From Andalucia godoyi And28 (lineage: Eukaryota; Protista; Jakobida): DNA of 64,000 nt. The stretch lies in contig VRVR01000019.1 of NCBI GenBank assembly GCA_009859145.1, forward strand, positions 31,073-95,072, given 5' to 3'. Within the stretch, counting starts at the first letter, position 1. Each line of letters starts with the position of its first letter. Made by a program: the position numbers and the translations under genes. A model generated the notes under the pieces. That model had not been told where the DNA came from, made no database searches, and saw nothing but the letters and a program-made list of their open reading frames with translations. Below are positions 9,865 through 20,600 of the stretch, in pieces.

Positions 9865-10800
9865 CTAGACAGAAGAAGGGCGAAACGGCGTTCGTAAGGT
9901 CCTGAATGTTGGGCTTCCGTGAGACATACGATTCTGGAGCCACAAAAAGATGCCGACCCCCGTGCTAAAGTACACTCCGAGCATGCGTGTAAACGAAGAC
10001 GCAGCAAGCAGCGTCCTTGGTGCAAAGTACGACGCAACGGCCAGATTGACAAATCGGATGTTGGTAAAGAAAACCGGGGTTGAGAGTGTTGCCACAGACA
10101 GGACGCCTCCGACACCGATCAGAAATGCCAGCCAGTTGAACAACTGGTTGCATCCCTGAGACCCTGACAGGAAGCGGATGACATAGAAAATGGACAAGAT
10201 GAGGAAGAAAGCAGTGCTGAGCGGGAATAACACAACTTGGTCCTGGGCAAGGACGACGTCGACTTTGGGCCCATCAAAAGACGGATAAAACCCACTTGTG
10301 ACAGCGCCCACCAATCCCTCGGTCTCAAAAACCACGCTTCGGAAGTAGCACATTACAATCTTGCAGAATGCAAAGCAGATCTTCAGAAATTTGTGCATGC
10401 CCCCCGATGGGCCTCCGTCGTCAGGGCCATTTGCCATTTCGCCCATCGCCGACACCGCACCGTCGACAGCAAGCGCAATAACGGCGAAGAACAGTGCCGC
10501 ATAGATGTTGAATTTCTGTATCGAGTCTGGGTCCACTTGGATAAAGTGTCCACCGTCCTCGAGGTAGTAAAAGCTCAGTCCGCCGAACTGATCCTTGAAG
10601 TTATCAGGATCATAAGACGAATCAGGATCGAATCCGAGAGTGCACTGAGAGGAAAGGGTCGTTGCGAATTTTGAATCCGGACAATCGACAGTGAACATGG
10701 AACCTTCCTTCACGGTGCCTCCGACAGCAGCGCACAGCAGAATGATGGCCACCAAAGCACTTAGCACGTGCATCACCGCCTTTGCTCCTTTAGTCCCCAT
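9865..10800 (-). CDS. Hypothetical multi-pass membrane protein, 311 aa
   Basis: ATG-initiated ORF with an N-terminal hydrophobic helix, a Cys-containing loop and about five further hydrophobic segments. No family recognised. Confidence 0.65.
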   Translation of the reverse strand: MGTKGAKAVMHVLSALVAIILLCAAVGGTVKEGSMFTVDCPDSKFATTLSSQCTLGFDPDSSYDPDNFKDQFGGLSFYYLEDGGHFIQVDPDSIQKFNIYAALFFAVIALAVDGAVSAMGEMANGPDDGGPSGGMHKFLKICFAFCKIVMCYFRSVVFETEGLVGAVTSGFYPSFDGPKVDVVLAQDQVVLFPLSTAFFLILSIFYVIRFLSGSQGCNQLFNWLAFLIGVGGVLSVATLSTPVFFTNIRFVNLAVASYFAPRTLLAASSFTRMLGVYFSTGVGIFLWLQNRMSHGSPTFRTLRTPFRPSSV

Positions 10801-11638
10801 CTCACGTGCATCCGTTGAATCACGTCATTTGAATACGCAGAGTGAATGAAAGAAGAAGAAAAAGAGTCCACTTCGCGACAAGATGGTGCGCCACCCGCCA
10901 CCCGTCGGCACCTTCGTCCATTGACGTCAGGTGACATAATGTCGCATCGCCCGTGATGCTGTCGATTTGAGCCCTACTCCAATATGAACCATCAATCCAG
11001 CTCCGGTGATGCTTCGGAGAAAACGCGGGAGCGAGTACTGCGGCATTGCAAGCAAAAACTGCTAAGAGACTTCCCGTCTCTTTCTAAATCAGCACCGACC
11101 GGGAAAAATCTGGGCCGAATCGCCAGCACAGCTTCCATTCCAATGATGGATGTGCTCCATTTGGCATTTGCCCTGTCTGCTTTCTGCCTGCTTCTGGCGT
11201 CGCGACAGCCCCGGCACATACCATTTGCCTCGATGCGCCCCACAGAACCCCAGACGCAGAAGCCTCCAAAGCGAAGGGAAGTGAAGCGCGAGAACGTGCT
11301 GTATCGTTCCTGTGCAATGATGGGCACTCAGAAGGACGTCTTTTTTTGCGGACCCCCCTCCCCCGTCCCCCGATCGTTTTAATGTAAACCTTTCTTGTTT
11401 CGTATTCGAGGGCACATGACAAGACAGTGGCTGCGACGAACCAACCCGCTGAGTTTGGCGTCTTCTGAAGCACTCGCAATTTTGCAGATGATTCCAGCAC
11501 GTTTGCTATCCATTTTGCCCACAGCATCTCGCATTCGGGGACATCGACAACGTTCATCCATTGCAACATAGTGCCGACGTCTTTTTCCAATGATCTTTAT
11601 TTCTTCTTTTTTTTTTAAAAAAAAATCGTGTACTACTT

Positions 11639-14600
11639 CTATTGGGTCATCCACGGTGGTATGCACGCCTGTTGTTGGCCCCGCGCTTCCAACATGCCTT
11701 GCACAAACGCAGCAGCGTCAAACTCTTTGAGGTCCTCATAGTCCTCGGTCGTGCATGAATCGCTCTGGACATACTGGAGGGCAGAAATCTTCCCGCTTTG
11801 CGTACCGCGGTGCAAGGCGACTGAGCGAGCCTCCGACTGGATCGCCTTGAGCATCCACACCCGCGCTTGATCAACAGACGAAAATCGCAATGCTTGCGGA
11901 ATCTCGTAGATTGCAAATCCATCCAGTCCGTTGAATCCAAACGAGTTTCCAGCAACGCAGTAGCGCAAACGATCTCCGGTCTGGAGCAAAGTTCCTGCAC
12001 GGAGCCGAGATGGCTGCGTCGCACCGACATGGGTGCTCTTGGTCAGCGTCGCCGAGAACGGAGAGCTCGCCGTGGAGACTTCCAGATTGTTCAAGCCAGG
12101 ATGCGGCAGTGTGCGGCGATGCATGCCGGACATCAGCAGCAAGACGTCCTCGGTAAGCGTGCCTCCCAGGCAGTGACGCAGGTTGTATTTCGGATGCGAC
12201 TCGAATATCCGGACGTTGTCAATTTGCAAAACTCGCTTCATGCCCGCTTCCAAATTTGCAATTTCCGAAATCCACTGTGCCGTGTGAGAAGTTGAGAAGT
12301 TGAGCTGTTCGGCAAGCCGGCTGCTCCTCTCGAGAATGTCGTTGGACGATGCAACACTCGACCGCAGGTCTTCCACCGTCCGGTTGGTGCGCTGCGCAAC
12401 CCACTGCTGCACGGTTTCATTTTCAGCACCCGCACACGATTGCAGCATGCACCAATCAAGGGCTTCCAGGAACGCGCCAATGGCAAAGGACTCGCTCTGA
12501 ATACTATCCCCTCCCGTCCCGGTGCTGTGGCTGCTCATCATGTAAATATCCTTGAGTGTGACGTCTCCAAACAGTCGGGCGTCCCGAAGCCCGTCCACAA
12601 ACACCTTTCGCTGACCAAATCGCCCGACACCAGTCCACGCACGGCTCTTCCCGTCTGGCTCCAACGTTGGACCATCGCTGCAGCATTCAGAAGCGCGGAT
12701 TACAGCAACCGGACGATACCCGTAGCGCTTGACAGCCCATCCTGTAACAAGCATCATGGCACCGGCGCCGACTCCGATCTGGAACTTTGCCACTCGATCG
12801 CGGTCGTGCGGACGACATTGCCGGTGCGGCGGAAACTCCTTTGCATCTGCCTCCGAAGCTTTCAAAAGCGCACCCACTCGATCAAAGGCATTTTGGCATT
12901 CATGGGTACCGCCATCGTCTGAACACGATACGCACATGACCTTTTGCAACGCTGTCGCACGAAGACGATCGACTTCCAACCGCATCGATTCACTGTTGTA
13001 CCGGCCGATCCGCTTTTCCAAGTCCTCTGCTTTCCTCAGTGCAGACCGCATTTGCTGCACTGCGGTCCACAGCGTCTTCTTTGCCGTGGCACACGCTTGC
13101 GGATCATCCGTCGCAGGACCGGTGGCACCAAACTGGTCGCTGGCAGTGCGACCTGCTGCTGCAGATGGGATGGACAGGACGATGCCAAGCTGGCCCACAT
13201 CCATGCCGCGCATGCAATCCTGCTGCTGTCGTCGGATCGTCTCCAGTGCCCCCATTCCGTTCGAAAACAGCACACACACATTCTGAGCGCCGTGTCGCTC
13301 GGTGACTTCGCGGGGCACCAGTCCCATCATTCTGCAGGCCTCTGTGAGCGCAAGCTGTCCCATCAAGATATTGCGGGCATCATGGTCCGCAATCGACAAG
13401 TTGCCCCCGAGTCGTGACCAGTCCAACGGTGGAATATCCGCGACAATTTGCGGTCCAATCGCGTCGATAATCATTCGACTTAATGATGCACCCTCCTTCC
13501 GTGCAAACACTACCTTTTCTCCCAAAACCGAGCGTTCCTCCAGCTGGTATCCACTCTGCAACAGCCGTTCGACGTGGTGGAATACAGAGACATCAAAAGA
13601 ACTGGACGTTTTCTCAAGTTTGCTTGACAATTCAGTGCGAAATCCGAGCAAGATTTCGTCATCTCCAACGTAGTCGTGGTACCTCCTATACTCGTCCGAC
13701 CGCTGACCCGTTCGCACCAGCATGCGAGGGCCAAGATTGGCTCGAATCTGCTTTCCGAACTTGTGCACAACATCATCCAAAGTCATTCCGTCTTCGACCG
13801 CAAGGCCCATAGCGCGAGCAACGTACAAGACACCCAAGAAAGACGGCCAGTCTTCTTCGGAGCGCAGAAAATGGCTCTGCTGCAAGTCCATCACATTGGC
13901 AAAGGACGATATCGCAGAATCTCCCCATGATGACACCATACCCATCCCGACCACGACAATATCCTCGTCGTCAATCATCGGATACGGTGCGTCCGCTCCG
14001 TCCAGTTCATCAATCCAAAAGCCATAATCGACCAGCGATCGAACCTGTCCAACCTCGAAAACATGGCGCTGTTTCTGCACTTCTGGATTGTCTGCCGCAT
14101 TCTCATTGTCCTCCGCATCGTGCATCTCCAAGGCTGCCATGGCATGGGTACGATTCAGAACATGTTGGATGCCTCCTACCACAACCTGGTCAAGACGCAT
14201 GAACCCGCCATCTGCACAGCGACCGATCACATCCTGGTCACCGTACGATGGGTTGAGAAGGGACACCACGATCGCCGCCATATCCGCTCCATCAAACACC
14301 CACAATGGCGTGTCGAACTCTTCCAACGCAACCGATTCGAGCAAGTCAGAGATGTGCTGGAACGATGACATGATGCCTGTTGGTTTGGCAGCCTTGGACG
14401 AACTCACTGCTGCGACACGAGGAACAACTGCTCCCGTGATCAAAGAGATCTCGCGGAGCATCGGGCGTGAAGAGCCATCGCGCGTGTAGTACAGGCCCTC
14501 TGAGTCCCGGCGCATTGCCCATTGACCAGGAGGCATCGATGCCTTTGCAAAAGGGTAGCTGCCGCTGCCTCCAAGCGCAAACTTGTCGTTCGGACTGGAA

Positions 14601-17600
14601 AAGTTCACGACTGTCAGGACTGGCTGGCTGTGCTCGTCCTCGCCTTCACGGTACCATTGGAGGAGCTTTCCAACGGCGTACCGAAATGCCTCCACCAGCG
14701 AGTACATCACGCTGAAAAAGTCCAGGCGCTGGGAGATGGTCCCGTAGTCTTCCGATGCCATTGCATTCATGATAATGTCTGGTTTCCAATCCAGCTGTTG
14801 AAGCGCGCCAACCAGCAAATCGATGTTGGAATAATTCGGTGAAAACGCAGTGGACGCATGGAGAGACGCCCCACACACTGCCCATTCATCCCTCATCTCG
14901 CGCAGTGTGTCCTCCACATCACCAAAGGTCGATCTTGTGGTAATCCAAACATCGGCTCCCAGACTCAGCAACACACAGGCCGTCGGCTTTCCAATCGTGC
15001 CCAAGCCACCCAGCATCAGAACCCTCTTGCCCTTCAGATCCATGCCGCCGGCAACAAGCTTGGATACATCGGACATCGTGTCCGAATCCACGAAATTGGA
15101 ATCCGACCATTGCGACAACACCATCGGCAAAGGCATCGCACGAGGGCGAGATACCCGAGACCCGTCAGACTGCGACTGGATGGTGAACGGCTCCCACCAG
15201 TGAAGATAAACTGCGCAACCATTCTCGAAGTGCTGCAACAAATCACAGCAAACACGCGATCTTGCGACATCCTGACGACTCACGAAAAACTCTCGCAACG
15301 ACGAAAGCCACGCACACCGGGTTTGGTCCATTTGATGGCTTACGTGGCATACCTTGTATCGATATGCATCCGAATCAAACTCAACGTTCTTCGACGATAC
15401 CTCCTCCATCAACCGCAGGGCATTGGCACAGCATGAGTTCAGGTTGGAATGCGACCAGGCTGCGTGAACCCGAGCGGACCATGAATGGGTCATTGCAGAA
15501 ATAAAGCTGGCTGACAACTCGTGGGACAATTTTTCCAACAGCTTCTTGGCATGATGCGCATCAGCAGTGGCGGCATCGTTTCGGATGATGCACCCTGTGG
15601 ACATGTCGAGAATCACAGAGTCTTGTGTGAGCGGCTTGGAAGGAATCGACGAAGCGCCAGCTGCGATTCGCTCCCGGATGGCGTCGTCCACCAGCTTTTT
15701 CAGTGCATCGACATTCACGGCAGAGACAGGAACCGCCGACACCCCATCCTCCGAGATCCCAAGAGGAGCATCCTCCTGGCGTGCGCAATGAACCGTCAGC
15801 TGTTTCCGGAGGCGATCAAAAAGCGCCGTACGAACTTTCCGCAAGTTATCGGATTCCCGTTTGAATTCTGCTTGCGGCTTCCAGTTTTCCACCCGCTTCA
15901 TCAAATAATCCAGATTCTCTGTCGAGGACAACGGATCGACAAGGCGGCAACAGACCTGCTCGTACAGTGTTTGGAAGACTTCGGACTCCACAGTCACCTT
16001 GCCGTCCTTGGCCAAGTCAAAGAATGTCCGTCCACTGACTTGGTGATCATTCATCAAGGACTTATAGCTGCACGAAACATCTTTCCACGGCTGCTCGCCG
16101 TCCTTCGCAGGAGCAGAAGAAAATGCATGATCCCACAAGCGACACATCAGAGAGAAGATTCCGTCCACAGTGCCTCCCTCTAGTTCTTTTGCATCGTGAT
16201 CCGAGGGCGGCACTGCAATGTTCAGGCGATGTCGAATCTGATTGATTAGACCTGTGATTTCCAGCGAGGACAGGTTCAGGTTTGCTAATCGCTTGGAGGA
16301 AACAATGTCCTTCAGTTTGATGGACTCGTTGGTATCCACCAACGACGTGACGATTGCTGCCCACACCAGTGCGGACGGAGAGCCAATCACAGAAAGGTCG
16401 GACAGCAAAGGTGACAACATCGCGGAACCCTTTGCATCGATTCTACAAGTCGACAGCGCCAAATCGATTGCACACCATTGCAGGGGGCTGATGACGGCTA
16501 GGCTTTGCCGGCTTCCTGCTTGGCTTCGCGCGGGAACAGCAGCGGTAGCGGTAGCGGGAGCAGGAGCAGGAGCAGGAGCAAGAGCAGGAGCAAGGGGAGC
16601 AACCAAGTTAGCGGCAACAGTTGCAATGCTCTTCATCTCAGACACAACGGGAACTTCTGAGGGATGCACAGCGTCGGCAGAAGCGGAGATCAGAGTTTTG
16701 ATCAGTGCCTCAAGTCCAATAGACACCGACGCATGCCTGACTTCGGGATCCTGAGAGAAGATTCGGCGCGCCAAGTTGTTCAAGACAGACGATTCACCAA
16801 ACTCTACAAAGCGCAAGACTCCACTTCGTCGAGCTGTCTTCATCACACCGTCCCATTGGACGGACGCAGAATTCATCCCGACAAGCTCTTCAAGAACGTC
16901 TTCTTTCGTGCGCAAAACACGCAAAGATCCGTCTTCATAGCACGGCTTGACAATGGACAGCATTGGAATCTTGGGATTGGAGATGCTTGTGCTGGAAACA
17001 ATGAAGTCCCTCAGTAGCGCTTCCATCGCAACCAACTTTGACGAGTGAAACGCCACATTACCCGGTAGCACCTTCACGATATAATCAAGCGCGCCAAATC
17101 GCTTCACTGCAGCATGCAGAGCGTCCTCATCCCCGGAGATCACCACTTGGGAATAGTCATGCGAAAGACAGTTGATGTTTGCAATTTCCAACACAGAATG
17201 CGCAAACGCGGGCGATGACGCGACGACCTCTTGCAAGGTGTCCAGAACCACCCCAAGATCCATCAGGGACCTCTTGACAACCGAAGCGATTCTGCCTCGA
17301 CAATGTTCCTTCAAGAGCAGCCCCCGCTTGCGAACAATCCGCAAGCTGTCCGTGAGGGACAGCGCGCCACTGATCACAGCCGCTGTGTACTGACCCAAAG
17401 AGTGTCCGACCACATATGCTGGAGGTGGTGCGCCACGCTCTTGCGCGTTCTCAAAGTATGCCACGCATGTCGCAACAATCGCACAAGACGAATTCTCAAC
17501 TTCGTTCAGATACTCCTCATCCGTACGCCGGGACGACTCCTTGTCGCAGACGATCTTGCAAAGACGAGAATCAATCTCATTCAACGCAGATGTAATACGT

Positions 17601-20600
17601 GCTTTCGCGTGGGGAGAAGTTTCACACAGTGAGGAGGCCATGCCGACTCGCTGAGAAGCATTGCCGACAAACATTGCGATACTGGAAAAAGCACGCAGCA
17701 GCAGGGTCCCCTGCACTTTTCGCTTTCCATCAAGCCGAGAAACAACAACGAAGCTGAAGCATTCGATATTATTCTGCAATAAGCGAGAAAATCGGACATC
17801 CAACAACAGCTGCTCTCCGGGTGCCACAGGGCTCACCACAGCGGTCGATTCTCCGAAACCAACAAACCGGTCAATGTGCTCCAATCCGACAAACCCTTCC
17901 AAGAAGAGATGGCCAACGTGCAACAGCAGCAGCCATCCTTGAACAATAACTCCGTCCGCAAGTCCGCATCGATTTGCGAACCGATCGTCAGTGTGCAACC
18001 ACTGACGATCCAGATAATACGACTCCATCATGCTCCGAGAAACAGAAAACTCCTTGCTGAAAACGTGGACATCGAGCGCATCCGACCCTTCCGTGCACAT
18101 GCATTGCTCCAACGAATGCTGCGCGGGCGGCAGATGCTCAAATAACACTTGGCTGCTGCTGAACTGTGAAGGATCCCAACATCTCGATAAGAACTTCGAA
18201 GACAATGTTGCCACCAGCTCTCCTGCGGGCTCCCGGACCACAACGGTCCATATCTGTACTTCGCGCCCTGCTCGGAGGTCCTGTGCCCGAATTACTTGCG
18301 AGAGAACGCGAACCACATCGCCTTCCGCCAACGCAACCCCTGTGCTTTGGAAGGACTGTCCGGAGTGAACGACTCGTGAAAAGTCAATGGCGAACGGGGA
18401 GGTTAGTGCGCATTGTACCAGCGATTTCCAAGCCAGGTGAAGTGCAAAAAATGGATGCACCAGAGCGCTCTTCAAGCGTCGCACAACAAACCTCTTGGAA
18501 GTCGCGCCCATCGACTTGTGAAACCGCAAGACATCGTCCGCAACGACGCGCTCGGTAGTGCCGTCTGCCATATTGCATCCCCAGCACCCCAAGTATGCGG
18601 AGCGCAGATCATCGATCGTCGAGGAGTAGTTGGTGACATCGACGCGCGTGCGGCCCACGATTGAGCGACGCACAGTGTAGGACCATGTTACTGGAAACAG
18701 CCGGCCAGTGGAATCCATAAGATTCCATTGCTCCAGGAAAACGGAACGATGTTCATCAAAGGTAATTTTGATGAGCTCTCGTTTTTCCTTCGAGGAAACA
18801 GAAATTTCGCGGAGAGTACCATCGCTGATCCTAAGGCAGACGACATCGCCGACAAACGTTCGAACAGCAGAGCGCAGCGGATTGCTCACTTTCCTGACTC
18901 CAAACTCAGAAGCAGAGACGCGCTCTTCTGCGATGCCATCTGCGAGATTAAATGTCTTGCGACCTCCAAAGGAGGAGAGGAAGCGAATCCAGTCGTCCGC
19001 TTCAGGCACTGCAACAATCTCGCAAGACCACTCGTGCGCATCGCTGTGAAGAACGCGCACTCCCTGGAGGCGCTTCGCAGCCAGAACAGGATCCCTTCGT
19101 TGGAGCGCATTCTTGGAGAGCTCGATTTCCATCGCCAGTCGATACGATTTCTGCAGAAATTCCAACGCTCGATCGCGAAGGTCCTCTAGAATTTCGTGAG
19201 CCGGCTTCAGCAGGTACTTGAACGGATCCACGCCCTCTGCTGCCAGCGCCAACATCCCCGACCGAATGGATCGGCCTCCAAGAACATAAGACCGCTGAGG
19301 ATCGATGTCCGGCTCCATGATTGCCCATGTTCGGTATGATCGGAAAAGCGAAATGACCTGCTTCCGGCTGAGCCTCGACAGCGCAGCAGCCAGCTTCTCT
19401 TGATCGGAGGACAGCCAGTAAGGCCACACGTCCGTCAACAACGGCTTGTTTCGGCTCTCGTTCCTCTCTGTCAAACTGGCACACCAAAGGCGATGCAGCA
19501 ACTTTCTCTGAGAAACCGGCTCTCTCAAGAACAGCGTCGAAGTGCGCGCCCCAAGCTCCGCCCCAATTGGCTCGTCGCTCCCTTTCGACTCCAGCATGAC
19601 CGTAAGCTCCAGAAGATCTTCAGAGAACGAATTCCGAATCAGATTGATGGACCTGTCGAACTCGCTCTTACACTGCACAAAGGCATCCGCTCCTTCAAAG
19701 GCGGCTTTTGCAAGAAACTCCTTAACTTGGACCGGAGGAGCAGATTCCAAAGCGACTTGCATCAAACTTCCAAGCTGCACACCACCTCGGACAGGCTGGT
19801 TAGCCATTACCAACAACGCATCAGCAATGGCAGAAGGTGTGCTCTGACCGCCAGTCATGAACCACGGATAGGGCGGCGGCGCAGAATCCAGCAGCGACGC
19901 AGCCAGAGAGTGTCCGTATCGAATCGATGGATTCTGTCGATCAATATTGTGGCCGCCCCCTTCCGCACCCTCTGGAGCGAAGGCAAGCAAATGATGCAAG
20001 GAACGGTCCACCTCGGGATAGATCACATTGCAGAAGTGTTCCCATCTCCTTTCGTTCTCACAGAGAGGGAGAATGGCAATGCCGGCACGCAACAACGGTT
20101 CGTACGTCTCCTTCCAATCCGCCAACGTGATCATGGAAAATGCAACAGACACGATCTTGATGGGAATGCCCTCTTGGACCTTGGCTTGGAGTATGCGCTC
20201 CACCTGCAGCTTGTAGAATCCGCTGGGGTCACCGTGGATGACATTCGCTCCAAAGGGACGTCCCTCTGACCACAAAGGATCGCCCCTACTGTGCAGAAGC
20301 TCCTGTGTGCGACGGTGAATCTCTCGAATCTCTGCAGTCAGTGCTTCCAGATCGCTTCCAAGGGTCGTTGCCGCAAGAAAGCACAAGTATCCGCGAGCCG
20401 CCACAGAAGACACAAGTTCCGCGCGATTGTTTCCTGTCATGGCTGCTACGGCAATGGGAAGTCGGCCGTCGAAGCCGAGGTGATGAAGAAACTCGCTCCA
20501 CAGAGACGGGGTCTCTCCGTCTCCGTCATGAAGGTTCAGCACCTTTTCTACTCTGTTGATGAACTCGCGACGTTGCTCGTCGTCTTGCAAAATCACCGAG

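Noticed and set aside
8892-9905. 337-aa + strand ORF
   Set aside because: It runs through the putative TIR, an AT-rich tract and a G13 homopolymer, lies antisense to the GH18-like scrap, and has no motif. Probably spurious.
10984-11590. Overlapping short ORFs on both strands, with a good acceptor (cattgcacag) near 11310
   Set aside because: A spliced minus-strand gene is possible, but the donor (GTTTAC) is weak and I cannot choose among three frames without RNA-seq.
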